Shown here one piece after another: positions 45,642-54,912 of a stretch of DNA of 64,000 nucleotides. This DNA comes from Bdellovibrionaceae bacterium UBA6776 (GTDB taxonomy: Bacteria; Bdellovibrionota; Bdellovibrionia; Bdellovibrionales; UBA1609), in NCBI GenBank assembly GCA_002453155.1, contig DKGG01000039.1, positions 67,714-131,713 on the forward strand, read 5' to 3'. A model generated the notes under the pieces. That model worked only from the letters and a program-made list of their open reading frames with translations. It was not told the DNA's origin and did not search any database. Position numbers and translations under genes: made by a program. Position 1 is the stretch's first letter. The number at the start of each line of letters is the position of its first letter.

Positions 45642-45854
45642 ATGACCTTGAATCAATTGGACTTGCTTTTCCCTTTTTTTGTTTTCGGATATGGCGTCAT
45701 CATGTGTGTGGTGAATTCCATTGCCGAGTGGGTGGCGAAATCCAAACCAGAAATTCCTCCCTATTTTTTTGAACGGCTGAAATCCCACGAAGCCTTGGGA
45801 TGGGTGTGCCTTTTTGTCGGCGGCCTCTGGTCCCTCCAATCCCTAACGCTCTGA
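45642..45854 (+). CDS. Small hypothetical membrane protein (70 aa)
   Basis: Two predicted hydrophobic helices (LLFPFFVFGYGVIMCVV and ALGWVCLFVGGLWSL). The RBS is weak. Confidence 0.3.
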   Translation: MTLNQLDLLFPFFVFGYGVIMCVVNSIAEWVAKSKPEIPPYFFERLKSHEALGWVCLFVGGLWSLQSLTL

Positions 45855-45855
45855 A

Positions 45856-45888
45856 TACAGAAAAAGGTGCCAGGCACCAAAATCTGTA
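45856..45888. repeat. Hairpin, copy 2: TACAGA-AAAA-GGTGCC-A-GGCACC-AAAA-TCTGTA
   Basis: Perfect nested inverted repeats 2 nt after the small ORF stop codon. A second GC-rich hairpin follows at about 45888-45925. Confidence 0.6.
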
Positions 45889-45958
45889 ATCACCGCGTCG
45901 AAGGCGGCGCCTTGCGGGGGTGATTGACTCGAGATGGGGATCACGCCACATTGCTTTG

Positions 45959-47353
45959 ATGCAACAAATGTCTATGGATTTTAATGGAAGCCAAAGGGAA
46001 AAAGACGAGGCCAATGAGCCACAAATTCTCTCTGTTTCTGATTTGAACAAAGCCGTCCGCGGTCAGCTGGAAAGCCAGTTTAAACTGATCTGGGTCAAAG
46101 GTGAAATTTCAAACTTCAAAGCCCACTCTTCGGGCCACCACTATTTCAGTTTGAAAGATGACAAAGCTCAGGTGAACGCGGTCATGTTTCGCGGTTTCAA
46201 TCAGAATTTGAAATTTCGTCCGGAAAGCGGAATGGAAGTTTTAGTTCGTGGAAAAATCACCGTGTATGAACCGCGGGGAACCTATCAAATTTTTTGCGAG
46301 CAAATGGAGCCGGTGGGCGCCGGAGCTCTTCAGTTGGCCTTCGAGCAATTGAAAGCCAAGCTTCAAAGCGAAGGTCTGTTCGAGCAAAGTCGTAAGCGCC
46401 CTCTGCCCAGCCTTCCAAAGCATGTGGCTGTGGTGACTTCACCAACAGGTGCTGCCATTCGCGACATTTTAAATGTTTTAGAAAGACGATTTCGCGGACT
46501 TGAAGTCACGGTGATTCCTGCATTGGTTCAAGGGGCAGGAGCTCCTGCGTCCGTGATCGAAGGCATTCGCAAGGCACAGCTTCTTAAGGGAGTGGATGTG
46601 ATGATCGTGGGTCGTGGTGGCGGCTCCATTGAGGACCTTTGGGGCTTCAATGATGAAGGTGTGGCCCGAGCCATTGCAAGTTCACGGATTCCCGTGATCT
46701 CAGCGGTGGGCCACGAAGTGGATTTCACCATTGCGGATTTTGTTGCGGACTTGAGGGCTCCTACGCCCTCTGCGGCTGCGGAATTGGTTTGTCGAAATGC
46801 CATGGAATTGATGGAGAAGATTCATTCTCTTAAAGCGGGTTTGTGGCGAGTTTGGAATCACACTTTTTCTACCAAGCAAATGGCCGTAAAACACATGAGT
46901 GAGCGCTTGGTGGATCCCAAGCGTCGACTTCAAGATTTGATGCTTCGTTGTGATGAAATGACTCAACGGTTGGATCGTGCTTGGCAGCGCCGTCACGAAA
47001 GATGGGCCAACCAAGTTCGCGTGGCCCTGTCGAAATTGCCTCCACCAAGGGAGAAAATCCTGAGGCTTCATCAACAGATTCGGATTCACCTTTCCGAGCT
47101 GGAGTCCGAAATTCGGCGTCAAATTGAATTGCGAAATTCTCGTTTGGCAAGATTGGCATCCGTTTTGGATTCCATCAGCCCACTGAGGGTTTTGGAGCGC
47201 GGATTCTCTATTGTGAAAAAAGACGGAGAGGTTGTAAAAGGCAGTTCGTTTTTAAAAGCAAAGGATCAAGTGGAAGTGATTCTTGGTAAGGGCGCCTTCC
47301 ACGCTGAAGTTTTAAAAGTAAACAAAGAAAATCATCTTAAGACTTTAAATTAA
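45959..47353 (+). CDS. xseA: Exodeoxyribonuclease VII large subunit
   Basis: LSVSDLNKAVRGQLESQF..IWVKGEISNFKAHSSGHHYFSLKD OB-fold N-terminus, and VGRGGGSIEDLWGFNDE. The start is uncertain (45920, 45959, 45968 or 45974). Confidence 0.9.
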   Translation: MQQMSMDFNGSQREKDEANEPQILSVSDLNKAVRGQLESQFKLIWVKGEISNFKAHSSGHHYFSLKDDKAQVNAVMFRGFNQNLKFRPESGMEVLVRGKITVYEPRGTYQIFCEQMEPVGAGALQLAFEQLKAKLQSEGLFEQSRKRPLPSLPKHVAVVTSPTGAAIRDILNVLERRFRGLEVTVIPALVQGAGAPASVIEGIRKAQLLKGVDVMIVGRGGGSIEDLWGFNDEGVARAIASSRIPVISAVGHEVDFTIADFVADLRAPTPSAAAELVCRNAMELMEKIHSLKAGLWRVWNHTFSTKQMAVKHMSERLVDPKRRLQDLMLRCDEMTQRLDRAWQRRHERWANQVRVALSKLPPPREKILRLHQQIRIHLSELESEIRRQIELRNSRLARLASVLDSISPLRVLERGFSIVKKDGEVVKGSSFLKAKDQVEVILGKGAFHAEVLKVNKENHLKTLN

Positions 47354-47365
47354 AAGGAGTCACAC

Positions 47366-47584
47366 ATGGATTTCGAAAAGAAGCTCAACCGACTGGAAGA
47401 AATTGTTGGTAAAATGGAAAATGGAGATTTGTCTTTGGACGACTCGCTCAAGATGTTTGAAGAAGGTGTGAAGCTTTCAAGAGAGTGCAACTCTCAACTG
47501 GCTCAGGCCGAGCAGAAGGTAAAACTTCTTTTGAACGTGGACGAAGACGGAAACACAAAGACGGAAGACTTCCAGGCGGAATAA
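47366..47584 (+). CDS. xseB: Exodeoxyribonuclease VII small subunit
   Basis: 72 aa. FEKKLNRLEEIVGKMENGDLSLDDSLKMFEEGVKLSREC is typical of XseB. AAGGAG RBS. Confidence 0.9.
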   Translation: MDFEKKLNRLEEIVGKMENGDLSLDDSLKMFEEGVKLSRECNSQLAQAEQKVKLLLNVDEDGNTKTEDFQAE

Positions 47585-47585
47585 T

Positions 47586-48431
47586 TTGAACACTTGGGAT
47601 TACTCGTCAGATTTAGAACCTTTTGAGAAGTACTTGTCTGCGGTTCTCAGCACCGAGGCCCCGCCACCCCACAAGGATCTTTTCAAGTTTTGGGAAGGCA
47701 TGGAGTACTCCCTCTTTGGTGGGGGCAAGCGTTTTCGACCCCTGCTTTGTATTCTTACGGCGAAAGCTTTGGGAAAAGATCCCACCGTCGCCTATCCGTT
47801 AGCCGCGGCCATCGAAATGATTCATACCTATTCACTGATTCATGATGATTTGCCCTGTTTGGACAATGACGATGAACGGCGAGGTCGACCTACACATCAC
47901 AAAGTGTATGGCGAAGATATGGCTTTGCTTGCGGGAGATGCCCTTCAAAGTTTGGCCTTCTTTGTCTTGGCCAATGATTACAAAGATCATCCTCATCTTT
48001 CTACGCTTATAAAGTCTGTGGCTTTGGCTGCCGGTCCTCAAGGAATGGTTGGTGGTCAAGTTTTAGATATGCTTGCGAACCAAGAAGCGCCGATTGAAGA
48101 GCTGCTCAAGAAAATTCATGAATTGAAAACTGGAGCCTTAATTTCTATTTGCGTCCGCGGAACTGCGGAAGTGTGTTTGGCTTCAGATTCAGAGAAAAAA
48201 CTTTGCAAAGAATTCGGCGACAAATTGGGCTTGGCCTTCCAAATTTCCGACGATCTTCAAGATCACCAGGAGGGCGAGGAGTCTAAGAATTTTGCCTGCC
48301 TCGTGGGGCCAGAGAAAACCAAAGACTGGCTTCGTCTTTTGTCAAAAGAATCTCATGGTCTCCTCGATCAAATGACCGGAGACACTTCAGGATTAAAATC
48401 CTTGGTAGAATTTAATCTTCAAAGAGTATGA
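47586..48431 (+). CDS. ispA: Short-chain (E)-polyprenyl diphosphate synthase (FPP synthase-type)
   Basis: First Asp-rich motif LIHDDLPCLDNDDERRGRPT, second motif FQISDDLQD, and xseB-ispA synteny. The apparent start codon is TTG. Confidence 0.85.
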   Translation: MNTWDYSSDLEPFEKYLSAVLSTEAPPPHKDLFKFWEGMEYSLFGGGKRFRPLLCILTAKALGKDPTVAYPLAAAIEMIHTYSLIHDDLPCLDNDDERRGRPTHHKVYGEDMALLAGDALQSLAFFVLANDYKDHPHLSTLIKSVALAAGPQGMVGGQVLDMLANQEAPIEELLKKIHELKTGALISICVRGTAEVCLASDSEKKLCKEFGDKLGLAFQISDDLQDHQEGEESKNFACLVGPEKTKDWLRLLSKESHGLLDQMTGDTSGLKSLVEFNLQRV

Positions 48432-49192
48432 AGCGCGCCGATATTTTGCTGACCGAAAAAGGTCTTTGTCCCTCTCGAACCAAAGCCAAAGAACTGATTG
48501 AAATCGGAGAGGTCGAGTATCTTTTCCAGGGAGAATGGAAAAAGGTTTCCACATCCAGTCAAAAACTTCCCGAAGACGTAGAGCTTAAAATTTTAGATTC
48601 TGAGCGTCTTCGATTTGTTTCTCGCGCGGGCTTGAAGTTGGAGGGTGCTCTAAACGATTTTAATATTTCAGTCCAAGATCGCTACGTTCTAGACATTGGG
48701 CAATCCACCGGTGGATTTACCGATTGTCTGCTTCAGCAAGGTGCCAAAGAGGTCTTAGGATTTGATGTGGGCCACGATCAACTTCATAAGTCTTTGAAAA
48801 ACCACCCACAAATCAAAGCCTATGAAGGCATTCACTTACAAGATTTGGCGTCGATCACCGAAATTAAATCTTGGTTGGACCAACACTTGGATTTGGTGGT
48901 GGTAGATATTTCCTTTATTTCTGTAATTTCGGCTTTCGAAGAGCTGTGTCAGTTTCATGGGAAAAAATTCGAAGTGTTGGCCCTTGTAAAACCTCAATTT
49001 GAGGTGGGACGAGAGAATTTGAACCGCTCAGGGGTTGTTAAAGATCGCAAGGTCCAAGATCAAGTTCTTAAAAATTTAAAATTAAAAATTGAAGAGCTTG
49101 GTTTTGAAGTTTCAGAATTTAAAGCTTCTAAACTTGCTGGCCGAGATGGGAATCAAGAGTTCTTTTTATTTTGCAAACATTCGAACAGGTAG
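48428..49192 (+). CDS. tlyA: TlyA-family rRNA 2'-O-methyltransferase (S4 plus FtsJ domains)
   Basis: RADILLTEKGLCPSRTKAKELIE S4 region and DIGQSTGGFTDCLLQQGAKEV SAM motif. Confidence 0.85.
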   Translation: MKRADILLTEKGLCPSRTKAKELIEIGEVEYLFQGEWKKVSTSSQKLPEDVELKILDSERLRFVSRAGLKLEGALNDFNISVQDRYVLDIGQSTGGFTDCLLQQGAKEVLGFDVGHDQLHKSLKNHPQIKAYEGIHLQDLASITEIKSWLDQHLDLVVVDISFISVISAFEELCQFHGKKFEVLALVKPQFEVGRENLNRSGVVKDRKVQDQVLKNLKLKIEELGFEVSEFKASKLAGRDGNQEFFLFCKHSNR

Positions 49193-50298
49193 ATCGTGAC
49201 CGAAAGGCCACCGTTGGTGGTTTTGGTCTTTCGAAGGACCTTCCAATTCTCGGGAAGTTGAAGCCGCCCTTTGATTTTTTGTGTGGGAAGCATAAACGAC
49301 GCCCGAAAGGGCGAGAAGTTCCGATCGATCACTTGAAAAAGCCGCTCATAGTAGAACTTGATGGATCCCGAAATTTTAATACGTTCTCCATAGGGAGGAT
49401 TGCAAACCACCAGTCGTGATTCGTCCGGAGTTGGCAAAGGTTTCATTTCAAAAACATTTTCGCGACGGAGAAGAAACGGAATGGATAGATTCATTTGTTC
49501 CAAATTTCGTTGAGCCGCATGAAGTGTTTTTTGATCGAACTCGAAACCTTTGAGTTTTTCAAGGTTCCACGGGGAGGTGGGTTCTTCAATTTTAAAAGAT
49601 TCCTCAGTGGAACTGTCCTCTTGGGAATTTGCTAAAACCAATGAGGAAAAGTCTTTTCCTAAAGGTTTATTTTTTAGGGCCGCCTCCATTAAAAAAGTGC
49701 CGCTTCCCACCATAGGATCGATCAATTGGAAGTTGCCCGTAAGACCTTCCAGAAGATCTTCAAGCATGGCCGCCGCCAAAGTTTCGCGCAAAGGCGCGAT
49801 CCCCACATGTTTTCCAACGGAAGATCGTTTGTGGAGACGTTCGCCGGAGGTGTCCACACTCAGGGTGCAAATGTCCTCAAAGAGGCGGACATAGATTTTT
49901 GCGGATTCGCTTCCTGCAGAAATCTTTTTCTTTTTTTGAAAGGCCAGGAAGCCTTCTTCCACAGTGCTTTGAATTCTTTTTTTGATATTGAGTCGAGATT
50001 TCGAAGAGGAGGCAACGACTTCCACCTGAACGTTGGGATGGATCCACTCTTCCCAAGGAAGCTCCGAGGTCTTTTTAAACAGTTTTGGAAAATCTCTGCA
50101 CCGAAATTCTGAGAGGCGCATCAAAATCCGCGTGGGAATTTTTAAGCATTGATTCAGTTCCAGGCCGACTCTTCGAGGCACCTCAAAATGGACTCCACCA
50201 TGGGAAATTTCTGATTCTATGAGGGGAGCCCAACGCAAAAGCTCTTTCTGTGCCAGGTCTTCCAGGCCGGGCGTGACGATCAAATAAAACTTGTCCAT
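49153..50298 (-). CDS. THUMP-domain class I SAM-dependent RNA methyltransferase (RlmL/UPF0020-like)
   Basis: N-terminal THUMP-like region, DPMVGSGTFLMEA SAM motif and VVCNPPYGERI catalytic motif. I chose the start at MDKFYLIV. Confidence 0.8.
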   Translation of the reverse strand: MDKFYLIVTPGLEDLAQKELLRWAPLIESEISHGGVHFEVPRRVGLELNQCLKIPTRILMRLSEFRCRDFPKLFKKTSELPWEEWIHPNVQVEVVASSSKSRLNIKKRIQSTVEEGFLAFQKKKKISAGSESAKIYVRLFEDICTLSVDTSGERLHKRSSVGKHVGIAPLRETLAAAMLEDLLEGLTGNFQLIDPMVGSGTFLMEAALKNKPLGKDFSSLVLANSQEDSSTEESFKIEEPTSPWNLEKLKGFEFDQKTLHAAQRNLEQMNLSIPFLLRRENVFEMKPLPTPDESRLVVCNPPYGERIKISGSIKFYYERLFQVIDRNFSPFRASFMLPTQKIKGRLQLPENWKVLRKTKTTNGGLSVTIYLFECLQNKKNS

Positions 50299-50340
50299 GC
50301 TATTGAAGCTCCCAAAAGAAAAGCGTATTCTCATTTGCCT

Positions 50341-51318
50341 ATGAAATCTTCATTTTTTTCACGGATTGTCATTTTGCCATTGTATGCGGTGCTCTTCATT
50401 TCCGTCGGCTGTACGCAGATGAAACGAAGGACCGAGGTTCGAACTCAACAGAATCAGACCAACTCTGGAACTTCCCCTAAGGATGTGGGGTTTGAAACCC
50501 ATCCCGAACAGGATGAGGATGGTGACTTTCAAACGCTTCCGCCACAGATTTCAAACCAGCGGGCAAAAAAAGTGGGATTGGTTTTTGGAATGGGAGGAGC
50601 ACGAAGTTTTGCATTGGCAGGACTGCTTCGAAGTTTCGAAAAAAACAAAATCAATGTTTCTCACCTCGCCGCTACGGGGTGGCCCAGCTTGATCGCCGCC
50701 AGTTATGCCATGAGTGGAGAAATTCATGGAATGGATTGGAAGCTGTACAAATTGGAAGAAGCCAATTTGAAATTTGACAAAGGGTTTCTCGGATTTGGGG
50801 GAAGTGGTGCCTCCAGCAAATTCCACAGTTTTCTTAAAGAAAACTTCAACAATTTAAACTTGGATTCAGCTAAGGTTAATTTTTCCTGCGCCACTCGAAG
50901 CCTCAATGGCAATCAAAGTGTGATTTTGAAATCCGGATCGGCAATCGATGCTTTAAATTCCTGTGTTCCCGTGCCGCCCTTTTTCGGAGAGTTTCGAAGA
51001 GCGGCCAGCCCGGCGAGTCTGTTTAAAATGGCAAAACATTTAAAGGCTCAAGGAGCTGAAATTGTCGTGTTTATCGACCTTTTGGATGAGAGCATTCAAA
51101 GAGAAGGTCTTATTCGCAAAGATAAAAATCTAGAGTTTCTTTGGTCGCAAATTCTGGAATCTCAAGAGGCGGCGAAAATGGGAATCAAAAACAGCTACAG
51201 CTTGAACCTTCGCCGTTACTCTATTTTTGACTTTTCAAACCGAAAGGCCTTGGAAGCAGAGGGCGAAAAACAGGGCGAGCAAATTGCGCAAAAATTGATT
51301 CGGGCTTACGGGCTCTAA
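50341..51318 (+). CDS. Patatin-like-fold lipoprotein whose catalytic motifs are not conserved
   Basis: Lipobox FISVGC. GLVFGMGGARSFALAGLL resembles the patatin oxyanion G-G-G-x-R/K motif. The GxSxG nucleophile position reads ATGWPS, and I saw no DG[AG] motif. Confidence 0.4.
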   Translation: MKSSFFSRIVILPLYAVLFISVGCTQMKRRTEVRTQQNQTNSGTSPKDVGFETHPEQDEDGDFQTLPPQISNQRAKKVGLVFGMGGARSFALAGLLRSFEKNKINVSHLAATGWPSLIAASYAMSGEIHGMDWKLYKLEEANLKFDKGFLGFGGSGASSKFHSFLKENFNNLNLDSAKVNFSCATRSLNGNQSVILKSGSAIDALNSCVPVPPFFGEFRRAASPASLFKMAKHLKAQGAEIVVFIDLLDESIQREGLIRKDKNLEFLWSQILESQEAAKMGIKNSYSLNLRRYSIFDFSNRKALEAEGEKQGEQIAQKLIRAYGL

Positions 51319-51333
51319 GGAATAGGTGACTAG

Positions 51334-52638
51334 ATGAGAAAAAGTCTTTTTAAAAAAGAAGTCTATGCAGAACGCAGACGTCGATTGGCGGCACTGATTC
51401 CGGGGAGTGCCGTGGTTCTTCCCGCATGGCCTGAATTCATTCGCAACCACGACACCTCACACAAGTACCGCCAAGAGTCGAACCTGCTCTATCTTTCGGG
51501 CTTTGATGAGCCGGGATCTTGTTTGGTATTTCGACCAGGGCAAACTCCAGAGACCATTTTGTTTGTCCGCGAAAAAGACGTGGAAAGAGAAACTTGGGAT
51601 GGATTTCGATTTGGTCCTCAGGCGGCGAAAGATGTCTTTGGCGTGGACGAAGCCTTCATCATTGATGATTTTGAAGAGAAAGCGCCTCAACTTTTAAGAT
51701 CTTGTGACAAGGTTTACTACAGCCTTTTTAGAAATCCCGAATTTGATCGGAAGATGTCAGAAGTTTTAAAGGGCGTTGCTCATCTGAACCGTCGTTCCAA
51801 TCCAGGCTTTCCTCCTGTGGAAGACGCTTACACTCTTTTAGGTGAACTTCGCATTCATAAAAGCGAAGCAGAAGTGGAAGCTTTGAAGAAAGCCTGCTCC
51901 ATTTCTGCCTTGGCCCATCAGGAGGTTTTTAAGGCGGCACGTCCGGGAGTGACGGAAAGAGAACTTCACGGGTTGTTTCTTTACAGCGTGATGAAACAGG
52001 GAGCTATGGGGGAAGCCTACGGAGGAATTTTTGCCTCTGGTGTGAACGCCGTTACCCTTCATTATGTTTTCAATGAGGATGTTTTAAAAGAGGGCGACTT
52101 GTTCCTGACGGACGCAGGTGCAGAATACTTGAACTACAGCGGAGACATTACGCGGACCTATCCAGTGGGCGGGAAGTTCTCCACACCTCAAAAGGAACTC
52201 TATAGTGGCATTTTAAAAGTTCAAAAAGAGCTGATTGAAATGTGCAAGCCAGGAACGCCATTTAACAAACTTCAAGAGCACACCGTCGAAGGACTGTCTC
52301 AATTGATGGTGGACTTGGGAATTTTGAAGGCTTCCAAAAATGAGGTCGTTGAAAAAGGTTTATACGCAAAATACTATCCCCACGGCGTGAGTCACTTGCT
52401 GGGCTTGGACACCCACGATGCAGGAACCTTGTCGGTTCGAAGTCAGCCTCGCGCCATGGAGGCCGGTTGGGCATTGACCATCGAGCCAGGTCTTTATCTT
52501 CCTCACGATGATGAAAGCATACCCGAAGCTTATCGCGGGATCGGAATTCGCATTGAGGATGACATCTTGGTTACTCAAGAGGGTCCGTCAAATATGACCG
52601 CAGAAATGCCCAAGGAAGTCGCGGAGCTCGAGCGATAG
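51334..52638 (+). CDS. pepP: Xaa-Pro aminopeptidase (M24B, PepP-type)
   Basis: AMP_N-like N-terminus, then DAGAEY..YSGDITRT, HGVSHLLGLDTHD, EPGLY and IGIRIEDD metal-ligand motifs. Confidence 0.9.
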   Translation: MRKSLFKKEVYAERRRRLAALIPGSAVVLPAWPEFIRNHDTSHKYRQESNLLYLSGFDEPGSCLVFRPGQTPETILFVREKDVERETWDGFRFGPQAAKDVFGVDEAFIIDDFEEKAPQLLRSCDKVYYSLFRNPEFDRKMSEVLKGVAHLNRRSNPGFPPVEDAYTLLGELRIHKSEAEVEALKKACSISALAHQEVFKAARPGVTERELHGLFLYSVMKQGAMGEAYGGIFASGVNAVTLHYVFNEDVLKEGDLFLTDAGAEYLNYSGDITRTYPVGGKFSTPQKELYSGILKVQKELIEMCKPGTPFNKLQEHTVEGLSQLMVDLGILKASKNEVVEKGLYAKYYPHGVSHLLGLDTHDAGTLSVRSQPRAMEAGWALTIEPGLYLPHDDESIPEAYRGIGIRIEDDILVTQEGPSNMTAEMPKEVAELER

Positions 52639-52643
52639 TTGAT

Positions 52644-53663
52644 TTAATCTTCGATTTGGAAATGTGAGCGGTTCTGGTCCACAACCTTGAAGACATGAAT
52701 CAAGGCTTCACTGATTCTTCGAAGAGAAGAGACTTCGTCGTCTCCACAAAAGGCTGCGGGGCAACCGGTTCCCATTTCAAAACCTGGGATAAGAGTGGTT
52801 TTGTTTTCGGTGCGCTTCTTCCAGTGTTCCTGACTCTCTCGAAAGAAGATTTTAAAATCTTGAGAGAAAACCCATTTTCCATTTTTAAAATCCAAAGGTT
52901 TCGGAACATACATTCCATAAATGGAGTAATACCCTAAGACCGCGGGCTTAAACACAACGGCAAGTTGTTCCACCAAGCTGAATTTTGAATCCTGCTGAGG
53001 GAGCAATAAAATTTTAAGCCATTCCTGATCAGATATTTCTAAAGGGCGATCGACGGACAATAGGGAAATGGCATGGACATAGGAGAAAAATGCAAACTCC
53101 ATGGTGTCGATCATTTCGAGTTTGGTAAAACTGTATCTTTGAAGAATTTTACTGTCTTCGGCAGAAAATATCGTTGGGAGAGCCGGCCGTGAAAAGTTGG
53201 CCAAATATTTCAAAGACAAAATGGTTTTGGTCATAAGAGATCGACTTCTTTCAACACTGCTTGCGTAAAAAGAGTGTGCATGGCCCGAAATCACATTCAA
53301 GCTGTGCTCAAAAAACTGCCCGTGAAATTGGTATTCTTGAAGGCCCGTTAGTGTTGAGATGGGAGGATTTCCTGTGTATTTGTGGGCTCTCGGTTGAAAC
53401 CTGGAATAAATGATGGATTCGGGATGATCTTGAAACCACTCCAAGATCTCTTTTTCAGAGGATTCTTTGGAGGCTTCCAAGTGTTTTCCAATGGGTTCAA
53501 AAATTTTTGTGAGTTTTCCTCGAACTTCGATCTTTTCAGGAGTAGACAGTAGTCGGGAGCAGAAACTTGGAAACTCTGTATCGGCGAAAGCTGAAAGTGG
53601 GATTGAACCAAAGATTAAAAAGAGGTTCAAAAGACATCTTGAAAAGATCTGTTTTCCAATCAT
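52644..53663 (-). CDS. Secreted protein of unknown family (paralog A)
   Basis: Signal peptide. Roughly half of the positions are identical to the product of 53780-54766 (by eye), including GNPP..TLTG..E.QFHGQF, MEFA..SYVH.ISLLS.DRP, EWLKILLLPQ and GTGCPAAFC. Confidence 0.6.
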   Translation of the reverse strand: MIGKQIFSRCLLNLFLIFGSIPLSAFADTEFPSFCSRLLSTPEKIEVRGKLTKIFEPIGKHLEASKESSEKEILEWFQDHPESIIYSRFQPRAHKYTGNPPISTLTGLQEYQFHGQFFEHSLNVISGHAHSFYASSVERSRSLMTKTILSLKYLANFSRPALPTIFSAEDSKILQRYSFTKLEMIDTMEFAFFSYVHAISLLSVDRPLEISDQEWLKILLLPQQDSKFSLVEQLAVVFKPAVLGYYSIYGMYVPKPLDFKNGKWVFSQDFKIFFRESQEHWKKRTENKTTLIPGFEMGTGCPAAFCGDDEVSSLRRISEALIHVFKVVDQNRSHFQIED

Positions 53664-53779
53664 AGATTTCGAAAGTTAAAGGGCTGAACTGTCCGTGGTC
53701 AACCTCCTCATCGGGTCCATTTTAGAAGAGGATGTGAAGAGGGAAGAGGTGGATCCAGAGCGCTGAGGCTGAAAATTAT

Positions 53780-54766
53780 TTAAGGTCGAATTGTAGAAAA
53801 ATTCTGGTCCACCACTTTGAAAACATGGAACAAAACTTCGCTGATGGTCCTCAAAGAGGATTGTTCTTCACTGTGACAAAAGGCTGCAGGACAACCGGTG
53901 CCCAGCTCATATCCGGGGCGCGTGGAATTGGCTTTCGAAATTCTCCACTTCTCTTGGCTCTCGCGAAAGAAGGTTTTGAAATCTTGAGAAAAAGTCCATT
54001 TCCCATCATGAAGCTCCAAAGGGTGGGGAACGTACAATCCATTCATGGAGTTAAAGCCCAAGACTTCGGGTTTTAAAATGATCGACAACTTTTCAAGGAG
54101 GCTTAAAGACTCACCCTCTTGAGGCAGCAAAAGAATTTTTAGCCACTCTTCATCTGAAGATTCTTCGGGACGGTCATTGGACAGCAGGGAAATTCCATGG
54201 ACGTAAGAGAGGTAGGCAAACTCCATGGCATTGACCAGGTCTAACTTGGTAAAGCTGTGATTCTTTAAAAGATTGCGATCCTCTTCAGAAAGTTCTCCGA
54301 AAAGTGCCGGCCGTGTGTGATGACCCATAAACTTTAAGGCCAATATGACTTTTGTTAGCAGGGGGATGTTTTCAAATGAGCTGCCGGCATAGAAAGAGGC
54401 CGAAAATCCTGAAACCAAAACGGATCCATCCATAAGGAATTGACCGTGGAATTGAAACTCATGCACTCCGGTCAGCGTGGTAAAGGGTGGATTGCCGCCG
54501 TAAATTTCAGAGCGAAAAAGAAATTCGGCTTCTTCCTGGATGCGAGGTCGGGCCGCAAACCATTTTAATATTTCAGCCTCGGAAGTGTCTTTGAGCTTCT
54601 TCACGTGAAGCCCTATAGGTTCAAAAACTTGGGTCAATCGATCTCGAATTTCAATGCGCTTCGCGGTGGATAAGGCCTCTGTGCAGGAGGTCTCGCTCGA
54701 GTTCGTGGCCCAGCAGATGGGTGCGGCGTGGAACACCAAAAAGAAGTAAAATATCAGGCTCTTCAT
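53780..54766 (-). CDS. Secreted protein of unknown family (paralog B)
   Basis: Signal peptide. It is colinear with paralog A. Confidence 0.6.
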   Translation of the reverse strand: MKSLIFYFFLVFHAAPICWATNSSETSCTEALSTAKRIEIRDRLTQVFEPIGLHVKKLKDTSEAEILKWFAARPRIQEEAEFLFRSEIYGGNPPFTTLTGVHEFQFHGQFLMDGSVLVSGFSASFYAGSSFENIPLLTKVILALKFMGHHTRPALFGELSEEDRNLLKNHSFTKLDLVNAMEFAYLSYVHGISLLSNDRPEESSDEEWLKILLLPQEGESLSLLEKLSIILKPEVLGFNSMNGLYVPHPLELHDGKWTFSQDFKTFFRESQEKWRISKANSTRPGYELGTGCPAAFCHSEEQSSLRTISEVLFHVFKVVDQNFSTIRP

Positions 54767-54912
54767 GCGTGCTTAAAATTAAGCAAGGCCTCGGCAGGGG
54801 TCACTGAAAATCTGGGTCCCCTAAAAATTTGTTAATGGGTTTTAAGAGCGAAGGGGTGCTCCTTGAAAAGACGTTCTTGGGCACCAAATTTCGCTTTTGT
54901 GACAGGTACAAC

